From Candidatus Poribacteria bacterium (GTDB lineage Bacteria; Poribacteria; WGA-4E; WGA-3G): a stretch of 64,000 nucleotides of DNA. The notes beneath the pieces are model-generated. The model had not been told where the DNA came from. It saw nothing but the letters and a program-made list of their open reading frames with translations, and searched no databases. The stretch spans positions 44,762 to 108,761 of the forward strand of contig VXPE01000079.1 of assembly GCA_009839745.1 (NCBI GenBank), in the 5' to 3' direction. Shown here one piece after another: positions 20,522-29,642 of this stretch. Within the stretch, counting starts at the first letter, position 1, and each line of letters opens with the position of its first letter. Position numbers and translations under genes: made by a program.

Positions 20522-23201
20522 ATGAGTAAAAACAAACGTATCATTGAAGTCGCCTTCCCCGTCGAGGAGGTCAGTAAACAAGGTCGCGGCAAAAACCAAA
20601 TCTCTGGAATCCACAAATGGTGGGCACGCCGTCCCCTCGGGCCCTCGCGCGCTACGGCTTACGCTGCGCTTGTAGACAGCGATTTATCCCCCCCCTGCTT
20701 TACAAAAGATAAGTAATTCAGGCGTTGATGGAACGCTAACTCCACCTAAACACGATTTCATCGCCGAACTCGCCAAGTGGGAGAATGCCCTCAAACCTCT
20801 CTGGATTCAGCAAGCAAAAGAAGATATTCTGGAATCTCACAATAGTAAGGCTCCTAAAGTGCTGGATCCTTTTGGTGGACGCGGTTCTATTCCCTTAGAA
20901 GCACAACGGCTTGGCTGTGAAACTCATTCTTGTGACATCAACCCTGTTGCTATTCTAATTCAGAAATGTACGCTTGAATATCCACAAAAATATGGGCAAC
21001 GTCTCTATGATGATGTTAAGAAATGGGGCGAACATATCCTCGCCGAGGTGACCGAGGAGTTACACCCGTTCTATCCGAAAGACTCCGACGGCTCCGAGAT
21101 TTACGCCTACATCTGGGCCCGTACCCTTCCGTGTCAAAACCTAACCTGCAGTGCCGAAATTCCACTTATTAGCCAGTTTTGGTTGGCAAAAAAGACAAAA
21201 ATACAGAGGAAGAAAAAGATTACCCTCCTTCCTTATGAAGAAAAGGGACAGATTGCTTTTAATATAGTTGGGAACGGTTACAAATCAATGCCGGAAGATT
21301 TTAATCCCCAAAGTGGTACAGTCACTGATGCTAAGGTTACTTGTCCACTCTGTAAAAATACAATATCTGATACGGAGACACCCAGTCTCTTCCGAGACGG
21401 AGAAGCAGACGAAAGGTTGCTTGTTGTTGTTACCAAACACCAACAGAATAAAAATAAACAGTATCGTCTTGCAACGGAGGCGGATAAGGAGGTGTTCAGT
21501 GCCGCGAAGAACAAACTTTCTGAAAAAGAGAAGGAACTTGCTGTTAAATGGGGAGTTAGCCCCATACCAAATGAGGAGACCCCGAGCAATAAAGTATTGG
21601 GCTTCAGAATTAGTAATTACAATCTAAATACTTGGGGTGAACTCTTCAATGAGCGCCAACAACTCTCCCTCATCACCTTTACCGAGAAAATTAGAGAAGC
21701 ATACCCACAGATGCTTTCCCAAGAAAACTACAGTCCCGACTACGCCCAAGCAGTCTCTACTTATCTTGGGCTCTGGCTTAGTTCCATAGCGATGCGATCA
21801 GCAAACCTTTGTCGATGGGGAAATACGACTGAATCAGTTGTAGAAATGTTTGGTATGCAAACCGTGCCAATGGTCTGGGACTACGGAGAAGCAAATTCTG
21901 TAGATGTAGCGGTTAATCGGTTAAAGAGTTTGTTAAAGCCTATGACTCACTTGTGTCAGATGAACGACGAACCTGTTACTATACAATGCTCCTCGGTAAC
22001 GGATCTACCATATCCTGAGAATACCTTCGATGCTGTGCTAACGGATCCACCCTATTACGACAACATCCCCTACGCCTATCTCTCCGATTTTTTTTACGTA
22101 TGGCTAAGACGGAGTATTGGAACTCTCTATCCGAAACTCTTTGAAACGGATTTAACTCTCAAAGATGAAGAAATCGTGGCGTATAGTCACCATGCCGGTG
22201 GAAAACAGGGCGGAAAAGTGTTTTTTGAAACAGAACTCTCCAAAGCCTTCAAAGAGATGCATCGCGTGCTAAGACCCAACGGCATCGCTGTCATCGTTTA
22301 TGCCCATAAATCCACCGAAGGTTGGGAAACTCTGATTAACGCCCTATTGGACTCAGGACTTGTGGTGACAGGAGCGTGGCCAATTGATACAGAGATGAAA
22401 TCTCGTCAGCGATCATTGGACTCCGCAGCCCTTGCCTCCTCTATCTACATGGTAGCGCGCAAAAGAGAGCGGGAAGCGTTCGGGATCTATCAGGATGTAA
22501 AAAAAGAGTTAGATATCTATCTTGAACAGAAACTCTTTACCTTATGGGAATGGGGTTTCTCTGGTGCCGATCTGTTTATTGCGGCAATTGGTATTGGTAT
22601 TGAGGTATTTGGGAAATACGAAACAGTCATTGATGACGATGACAACCTCATTCGCGCAGATAGGATAATAGGGGACATCAGGGAAATATTGGAGCATTTC
22701 GATGGTGAACAAGCGGGCATAGCTGGTACACGGCTCACACGATTCTACCTCCGCTGGCGGCGGGAACACGGAGAAAAATCGGTAATTTTTAACGATGCGC
22801 GCGAACTCGCGCTCTCCCTCGGTATTGAACTCATAGAAGAGTGGGGGGAAGACAGCTTTATCCAGCAGGAGAAAACAAACGTGCGCGTGTTAGGTCCGCA
22901 AGAACGGGAACAGACTGACCTCTCTAAGCGTGAGGAGCTGATTGATGTTCTGCACCATGTGTTGCTGTTATGGCGTTCGGGGAACCGGGCTGAGATGGTC
23001 CAACGGCTTTCAAAAGATCGTATCGGTATAAACGAACTGATATGGAATGTCGCACAGCAAATCAGTGCAGCACTCCCAACAGATAGCCAAGAACGCCAAT
23101 GGCTTGAAGCATGGCTGGCAGACCGGGATACTATTCAGCGCGAAGTACAAAATCTTTTAGAAACGCCTGAAGAGGGAACATTGTTTTTAATCGCAGATTG
23201 A
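20522..23201 (+). pseudogene. DUF1156/COG1743 Zn-ribbon N6-adenine DNA methyltransferase, interrupted by a frameshift in a C8 homopolymer (20688-20695). One fewer C restores an 893-aa ORF.
   Basis: N-terminal piece (20522-20716) carries the DUF1156 signature IEVAFPVEEVS...HKWWARRPL. The downstream piece (GTG 20859) has motif I VLDPFGGRGSIPLEA, Zn-ribbon cysteines, and motif IV VLTDPPYYDNIPY. I translated the 140 nt between the pieces by hand in the downstream frame and it is open (…PPALQKISNSGVDGTLTPPKHDFIAELAKWENALKPLWIQQAKEDILESHNSKAPK). Confidence 0.8.
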
Positions 23202-23259
23202 TGCAAGTGAAATCCAATATAGAATAGAATCGGAGATAGGCACAGCCTAACAGGAAACC

Positions 23260-26106
23260 ATGCTATGGAAGAATGGAAAAGGAGTACTCATGAGATTACC
23301 TCCCTTTGAAACCATCGCGAAACCGCACAACGATATATTGAAAGGCAGGTTTACGGCAGACACTTATGCTGCAAGACTTGGACGAGTCGTCAAAAATGAG
23401 GGCCCCCTTGAGTACAGAAACGCCCAGCGGTTTTTTGAGAGGACACACGAGACAAATGGATTGATGTCTCTCCTAAATGGTGTAGAAGGTCGTTTGAAAG
23501 GACGCAATCGGCAAAACCAAGATCCAATCGTCCAACTCCAGACCCCCTTCGGCGGCGGAAAAACGCACACGCTCATTTCGCTCTACCATAAGGCAAAAGA
23601 GTGGAACGCTCTCCCTGTAGTGATTGTCGGATCAGACATGGACCCCGGACAGGGAGATACCTTTTGGGGATCTATTGAGCAGCAACTCACGGGCGGTCTC
23701 CAACGTTTTAAAAAGCAAGTCGCCCCGGGCACAGAGAGTCTCTCCGAGATGTTCACTGATACGAAACAACCGGTACTCATCTTGATGGACGAAGTGCTGA
23801 ACTATCTTGAACGTGCCGCGGGGGTACCAATTCAGAAAAGCACATTAGCAGAACAGACTCTGGCATTTATGCTGTCCTTAACAGAAGCAGTTGCATCTAA
23901 CAATAATATCGCTTTTATTGTGACTCTACAAGAGAGTGAAGTCGCACCGATTGAAGATAAGTATTCACTCTTCACTGATCTCCTCACACGCATGAGACGC
24001 GTGGTCACCCCGGTTGAAGATGCCGAAATCGCCAGTATCATTCGGAAACGGCTTTTCGGAGAGGTTAACCTCAATGAAGTCAAGCGGATGGCTCGGGAAT
24101 TCGCAAAATACGCCAGACAGGAGAGTATTCTTCCGCCCGGCATTCAAGAATCCGAATATCGCAAACAATTCGTGGAAAGTTATCCGTTCCAGCCCGAAGT
24201 TATTGATGTCCTCTATCAGAGGTGGGGGAGTTTCCCGAACTTCCAGCGAACCCGGGGAGTGCTTAGGTTTCTCTCACGCGTTGTCCATCGCGTAAGCGGT
24301 AAAAACCGACCCTACATCACGCTCGCAGATTTTGACCTCACTGACAGCGACATCCGTGATGAACTCTTAGAGCACATTGATGCCCCCTACCGAGGGATCA
24401 TCGCCAGTGATATCACAGGACGCACTGCCGGTGCGAAAGCCGTTGACACAAAATTGGGAGGCACTTATCAACATTTGGCATTAGGCACGCGCACCGCGAC
24501 TGCTATCTTTCTCTATTCTTTTACAGGCGGCATGGAACGGGGAGCAAAATTGGATGAGATCAAACGGAGTGCAGCCGTTCTGGAACATCCCTCGGCTATC
24601 GTAGATACAGTAAAACACCTGCTCACTGAACACCTCTTTTACCTCCGCACTGAGAACGGGACTTCCTATTTTGACACCCAACCCAACTTAAGACGAATTG
24701 TGCAGACCCGAATGGACAATATTGACGATAAAGTTGTGGCGGGACGCAACAGTACACAACTTCGGAAGAGTTTCAAATCGAGTGGGTATCTTAAAACCTA
24801 CATTGCGCCAAAAGATGGAACGGATATTCGCGATACCGACGACTTAAAACTCATTGTGTTATCCAAACGAGATGACGCGTTTTGCCAAAACCTCGTAGAG
24901 AATCGCGGTGAAACACCGCGTATCTATCGCAACACCCTATTTTTCATTATTCCATCCGCCGGGGAAGCGAACCAATTAAAGACAGAAGTTAAATCAGTGA
25001 TCGCTCACGAGGAAATTAAGAAAGATAATTCCCTAAATTTATCAACTACTCAGAAAAAAGAGATTGATACTGCATTAAAACAGTCTGATAGTGCGTTAGA
25101 GAATGCAGTGCGTCAGGATTACCGCATTGTTCTGATACCAACAAAAGAGGGATTTCGTGAGGAAGATCTTGGGTTGCCCGCCGCTGGTATGAGTACCCCG
25201 TTTGATGAAACAGTCTATGAGATGCTCCGTGTGAAGTCTGAAATTTTAACAAGCATTGGACCTCGAAATATCTCAATCCGCTATCTGAAGGATAATGATA
25301 CTGTGTCAACCTCACAGTTGTTCCACTCCAGCCTTCGTTCCCCGGGTGAAACGCGTGTGCTCCGCGAGGCATGGATAAACGGCATCCGTCAGGGGGTTCA
25401 GGATGGACTCTTTGCACTTGGAGAGAAAGCAGGCGGCAAACTCGTTCCACGCTACTTTAAAGAACTCCCATTAGAAGTTACTTTGGACAACGACGAAGTC
25501 ATTATACAACCTAACCTCATTCGGGAAAGTATTACGTCAGAAGACATTTTACGGGACTATCTAATGGACAACAAGGCGGTCTCAACCTCTCAGCCGTTCC
25601 AATACAACCAGCAATCCACTAACGAGCCGCGATCGCTTCGCAGTACTTGGGAGATGGCAATCCGTGAAGGTATCCAAAAAGGCACATTTGGGATCGGGGA
25701 TAAACTGGGCGCTGAAGTCATTCCACGTGCTTTCAGGGAAGAAACTCCACCTATTACCTTGAACGATAACGAGGTTCTCATCCAGGCATCACTTTGCACG
25801 AGGCTGATTGCCCATCCACCACAACCAGACTTAAGACCAGCAGGAAATCAAAGTGGTCCGGAGACACCGCCGCCTGATCCAGGATCGACATCAGCAGCAA
25901 ATCTGCCTCGGAAATCAATTGGCATCCGATTTACATTACCGCAAGGGAAGGTAAGCAACGTGGCACAGCATTTCAACCAATTGCAAACCAACTTTCAAAA
26001 CATGCAAATTGAACTAAAAGCCTCCGATGGTGAAATCTCACAAGATGCTTACGAGGAACTTAAGGAGAATTTACGGGCATTAGGAATTGAGATTGAGGAA
26101 ATATAA
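23260..26106 (+). CDS. DUF499/COG1483-family P-loop ATPase (methyltransferase-associated)
   Basis: Walker A LQTPFGGGKTHTLISLYH. About 950 aa. C-terminal region holds an internal tandem duplication of an ~85-aa module (VSTSQLFHSS...DNDEVIIQ / VSTSQPFQYN...NDNEVLIQ). Confidence 0.75.
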   Translation: MLWKNGKGVLMRLPPFETIAKPHNDILKGRFTADTYAARLGRVVKNEGPLEYRNAQRFFERTHETNGLMSLLNGVEGRLKGRNRQNQDPIVQLQTPFGGGKTHTLISLYHKAKEWNALPVVIVGSDMDPGQGDTFWGSIEQQLTGGLQRFKKQVAPGTESLSEMFTDTKQPVLILMDEVLNYLERAAGVPIQKSTLAEQTLAFMLSLTEAVASNNNIAFIVTLQESEVAPIEDKYSLFTDLLTRMRRVVTPVEDAEIASIIRKRLFGEVNLNEVKRMAREFAKYARQESILPPGIQESEYRKQFVESYPFQPEVIDVLYQRWGSFPNFQRTRGVLRFLSRVVHRVSGKNRPYITLADFDLTDSDIRDELLEHIDAPYRGIIASDITGRTAGAKAVDTKLGGTYQHLALGTRTATAIFLYSFTGGMERGAKLDEIKRSAAVLEHPSAIVDTVKHLLTEHLFYLRTENGTSYFDTQPNLRRIVQTRMDNIDDKVVAGRNSTQLRKSFKSSGYLKTYIAPKDGTDIRDTDDLKLIVLSKRDDAFCQNLVENRGETPRIYRNTLFFIIPSAGEANQLKTEVKSVIAHEEIKKDNSLNLSTTQKKEIDTALKQSDSALENAVRQDYRIVLIPTKEGFREEDLGLPAAGMSTPFDETVYEMLRVKSEILTSIGPRNISIRYLKDNDTVSTSQLFHSSLRSPGETRVLREAWINGIRQGVQDGLFALGEKAGGKLVPRYFKELPLEVTLDNDEVIIQPNLIRESITSEDILRDYLMDNKAVSTSQPFQYNQQSTNEPRSLRSTWEMAIREGIQKGTFGIGDKLGAEVIPRAFREETPPITLNDNEVLIQASLCTRLIAHPPQPDLRPAGNQSGPETPPPDPGSTSAANLPRKSIGIRFTLPQGKVSNVAQHFNQLQTNFQNMQIELKASDGEISQDAYEELKENLRALGIEIEEI

Positions 26107-27068
26107 CTCTCCACTGCTTCCAATACCTGTTCCACTGTAATCCCCGCAATCACTTCACAGCTACCAGCACCGCATCCCCCCGGATACCGCCCCGGATGGC
26201 AAGGATTGCAACCCAGATTTATCCCGCTCTGCAAAACTGTATGTGGGGCGCCGTAGGGACCGCTCCGAATATGGCTCGTTGAACCGAAAAGCGCAACGAC
26301 AGGTGTTCCGACAGCGGCTGCGATATGCATCGGTCCCGTGTCATTTCCAATATACACATCACACGCAGAGATGAGTGCCGCGAGGTGTCGAAGATCGTCC
26401 GTTTGGACGAGCATGGGGGGGACATCCATCTTTTCCGCGACCTGTGCTTGGAGGGCTCGCTCATTCGGACCCGCAAAGAGTAAAATCGTTGCATTGCGCT
26501 TCTTTGCTAAAATGCTCGCGACCTCCGCATAGTTCTTTCCGTCCCACAACTTATATTCCCAGTTCCCACCGGGATGGATCCCGATTAGCAACCCTTCTGA
26601 TTTAAGACCTCCCTCGGCAAGAAAATTATGTGCAGCAGTCCGCTCCACTTCCGTCAATGCTACGAGTGGATGTGCATTGGTTGTGTCAACGCCTTGTCTC
26701 TGAAGCACTTCTAAATATCGAGTGACAGCATGGCGATTGCTTTCACGGCGTGCCATCCCCCAGTGTTCCGCGCCGATACATCGCGCCATCAGACTGTCGC
26801 GTAGGTTGACAACGAGATCGAATTTCTCAAGTCGTAAGGTTCTGATGAGACGCAGTCTCCCTTTCCAACCGGCGTGTTCGCCTTGATTGTCATAAATGAG
26901 CGTTGCATCAATATTGGGATCCGTCGCAAGCAGGTCAAACGCTCGCGGTCCGACAAGGAAGGTAATGTGAGCATCTGGGAAGTGTTTTCGCAGTGGTTGG
27001 ATAACGGAAGTAGACAGGACCGCATCACCGATAAAAGAGAAACTAAAGACGAGAATTTTCTTCAGCAT
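26049..27068 (-). CDS. Glycosyltransferase family 9 (ADP-heptose:LPS heptosyltransferase-like)
   Basis: N-terminal KILVFSFSFIGDAVLSTSVIQPL and C-terminal ...IGNDTGPMHIAAAVGTPVVALFG are GT9 hallmarks. Its 3' end overlaps the DUF499 gene end convergently. Confidence 0.8.
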   Translation of the reverse strand: MLKKILVFSFSFIGDAVLSTSVIQPLRKHFPDAHITFLVGPRAFDLLATDPNIDATLIYDNQGEHAGWKGRLRLIRTLRLEKFDLVVNLRDSLMARCIGAEHWGMARRESNRHAVTRYLEVLQRQGVDTTNAHPLVALTEVERTAAHNFLAEGGLKSEGLLIGIHPGGNWEYKLWDGKNYAEVASILAKKRNATILLFAGPNERALQAQVAEKMDVPPMLVQTDDLRHLAALISACDVYIGNDTGPMHIAAAVGTPVVALFGSTSHIRSGPYGAPHTVLQSGINLGCNPCHPGRYPGGCGAGSCEVIAGITVEQVLEAVESYISSISIPNARKFSLSSS

Positions 27069-27132
27069 TTTTTAACTATGTGCGTCTGAGTGGTATCTCT
27101 GTTTTCAATACCGATCTAAAATAATTAGAAAT

Positions 27133-27227
27133 CTACTTTAGATTACGAAAGGTTTATTAACATTATTAACAATTGAAAGACTGCGAGGACAACGGACGCA
27201 GCAGCTCAGAGTTAATAGTTAAAAGGA
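27133..27227. repeat. About 85-nt intergenic repeat element, copy A; related copies at 61075-61121 (partial) and 61131-61215
   Basis: CTACTTTAGATTAYGAAAGGTT...GACTGCRAGGACAACGGACGCAGCAGCYCARAG shared between the sites. Confidence 0.6.
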
Positions 27228-28490
27228 TTCAATCAGATCAACGGCTGTCGTCAACCCGTCTTCCACTTCTATCTGTTCTCCTAACACCTGCGCACGCGCA
27301 GTCATCGCAGGCGTTTCCAAGACCTGCTGAATCCGTTTTGCCAAACGTTTGGCAGTCAGGTTTCGACGGTGTAGGTGCCTCGGCGCAACGCCCAAATCCG
27401 ACAGACGTTTTCCCCAATACGGTTGGTCTGCATGATGCGCAACAACAACAGAAGGGACTTTAGCACGACACACGGATGCTGTTGTTCCAGCACCACCGTG
27501 GTGCACAACGCAACTTCCCTTCGGAAACAGCCATTGATGCGGCACATATTCGGTGCAGAAAATATCTGATGGTGTCTCTTTTGTGCCGAGTTGCCCCCAA
27601 CCTGATTGGATAATCGCGCGTTGGTTCGCCTTTCTGACAGCGTCGATGAGGAGTTCTGTTGTCTCACGTCCATTGGATCCGCCCATAGACCCGAACGTAA
27701 TGATAACCGGCGGTGGTCCCGCCTCCAAAAAAGCGATAAGCTCAGATGGCGGCGTATAGGATGGAGAGGCAAGGTGCCATACACCCGTGAATCTGTGGTT
27801 CGATGGGAAATCAGCCGGTGGACAAAGTACTGGAGATGCGGCAATAAGATTCAGGTCGGGGGAATACATTCCCTCCAACATCATGGACGTCCGCGGCTGT
27901 CCACCAACGGAGATAATGAATTGATTAAAAAGACCATCTACACTTGACTTAAGATGTAGTTGCGCTACTTTCCAGACGATTGCATTGAATACGCGTCCCC
28001 AATTTGGAAACGGATAAGGCGCAAAATCGAGACATTTTATGGTGGCAGGACAATACGTCACAGTGACCCAGGGAATTCCGTTAGCGGTCGCCGCCTCTTG
28101 GGCAGGAATATCCACTGAATGACAAACGACTAAATCCCATCCTTTCATCGCTGCCAAACAATCTTGATACCACTTTCCCCCACGGCGCACAATCCCTTCC
28201 TCTACAATGAACTGTAGCATGGCAAGCGGGTTGCGCTTCGGGATAATGGCATCCATCGCCGCGTGAAACTCTTCCAAATCAAACGCAACTCCGATTTCAT
28301 AGAATTCCGCCCCGATCTCAAGTATCTTGTCTTTATAAAGCGCGAGCGCGCAGACACGCACTTGGTGCCCGCGTTCAAGTAGTCGCTCCGATAACGCTAA
28401 AACAGGATATACATCTCCGGTTGTCCCCCAACAGACGACAACGACTTTCATATTTTTTTTCTCTCTATAGTCAGCAGGGCTGTGTCCCAA
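27219..28490 (-). CDS. Glycosyltransferase family 1 (UDP-glycosyltransferase/MGT-like)
   Basis: VVVCWGTTGDVYPVLALSERL N-terminus and HHGGAGTTASVCRAKVPSVVV...DQPYWG C-terminal UDP-sugar binding motif. Confidence 0.75.
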   Translation of the reverse strand: MGHSPADYREKKNMKVVVVCWGTTGDVYPVLALSERLLERGHQVRVCALALYKDKILEIGAEFYEIGVAFDLEEFHAAMDAIIPKRNPLAMLQFIVEEGIVRRGGKWYQDCLAAMKGWDLVVCHSVDIPAQEAATANGIPWVTVTYCPATIKCLDFAPYPFPNWGRVFNAIVWKVAQLHLKSSVDGLFNQFIISVGGQPRTSMMLEGMYSPDLNLIAASPVLCPPADFPSNHRFTGVWHLASPSYTPPSELIAFLEAGPPPVIITFGSMGGSNGRETTELLIDAVRKANQRAIIQSGWGQLGTKETPSDIFCTEYVPHQWLFPKGSCVVHHGGAGTTASVCRAKVPSVVVAHHADQPYWGKRLSDLGVAPRHLHRRNLTAKRLAKRIQQVLETPAMTARAQVLGEQIEVEDGLTTAVDLIESF

Positions 28491-29587
28491 ACAGGTTCAA
28501 CAGGCAGTTTTTTCGTGCACTCCCATCCGATTTTACACTTATGTGCGCTACAGGGCCAGCACGGCATATCCCGCCGCACGATAGCGGCGTTTTCACTCAA
28601 TGGATGCCACGCCACATGATCCGTCGGACCGAAGATTGCTACCGTTGGTACATCCAATGCGGCGGCGAGGTGCATCGGGCCAGAATCGTTGCAGACGACC
28701 AAATCGCAACACGATAGCAGTGCCCCCAACCTGCGAATAGTTTCTGGGGCATGTGTAATAGCGGGGAACTTCATCGCTTTCTGAACATTGAGCGTCAATG
28801 CCGCCTCTCCGGGACCGTGTAAAAGGAGTATCGTAGCATTGTAGTGGTATGCCAGTCTGTCTGCGAGTTCGGCATACTGCTTTTCGGGCCATCGTTTATC
28901 TAAGGAACTCCCACCAGGATGGATACCGATGAGAAATGCATCGTCTCCGATATCCCACGCGGCAATCCGTTTTTTGGCGATGCCAATCTCATTAGGCAAC
29001 AAACGGAATGTGAGTTTCCGTTCGCCTTCTCCGTTACAGATTAATCGGACGAGTTCTAAATTTCTGTCAACTTCGTGGGTTTCGCCTTTTGGATATTTAC
29101 CGCGCCACGCGTGTGTGAGGATGGATTTGAAGCGTTTCTGATAACGCCCCAGACGATATGGTGCGCCAGAGAGAAAAGCAACCAGATGGGACCACGTTGC
29201 TGTCTGCATGGCAACAACGAGTTGATATTTCTCACGGCGTAACTCTCGGTAGAATTGGAACTTTGCAAATAGCCCTTGATCTTTTCCGTCTGGATCAAAG
29301 AGGAGAATTCTGTCCACATCGAGGTTGCCGATGAGCACAGGGGCATTAAAGGGTCGTGCTAATACTGTGATCTCCGCTGACGGATAGTTTTCTCGCAACA
29401 ACGAGATCGCCGGGGTCGAGTTCAACAAATCTCCGATCCCGTCAACGCGGATGACGAGTATCTTATTGATGTTAGGAAGTGGCGCATTAGTGTCCAAACC
29501 GCGGGGTAGCATAGCTTTTCCTTTGTGTGTGAAGTTAAAGTGTTCTTTATTATAACACGAAGCAAAGGAAATGGCAAATCCCAGCAT
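28448..29587 (-). CDS. Glycosyltransferase family 9 (heptosyltransferase-like)
   Basis: ILVIRVDGIGDLLNSTPAISLL and ...VCNDSGPMHLAAALDVPTVAIFGPT. Confidence 0.8.
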   Translation of the reverse strand: MLGFAISFASCYNKEHFNFTHKGKAMLPRGLDTNAPLPNINKILVIRVDGIGDLLNSTPAISLLRENYPSAEITVLARPFNAPVLIGNLDVDRILLFDPDGKDQGLFAKFQFYRELRREKYQLVVAMQTATWSHLVAFLSGAPYRLGRYQKRFKSILTHAWRGKYPKGETHEVDRNLELVRLICNGEGERKLTFRLLPNEIGIAKKRIAAWDIGDDAFLIGIHPGGSSLDKRWPEKQYAELADRLAYHYNATILLLHGPGEAALTLNVQKAMKFPAITHAPETIRRLGALLSCCDLVVCNDSGPMHLAAALDVPTVAIFGPTDHVAWHPLSENAAIVRRDMPCWPCSAHKCKIGWECTKKLPVEPVWDTALLTIERKKI

Positions 29588-29642
29588 ACGGCGTTTAACA
29601 TGGACGTATCGTCTGTATTGACATCAGAAAGTATGATATACT

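Noticed and set aside
20522-20716. Independent 64-aa gene upstream of the methyltransferase
   Set aside because: It is the DUF1156 N-terminus of the methyltransferase itself. The intervening 140 nt are open in the downstream frame, so the split is due to the C8 frameshift and is not a separate gene.
27356-27844. 162-aa reverse-strand ORF and the 27173-27463 + strand ORF
   Set aside because: Alternative frames overlapping the GT1 gene and the ~85-nt repeat. There is no domain evidence and the better-supported GT1 frame explains the region.
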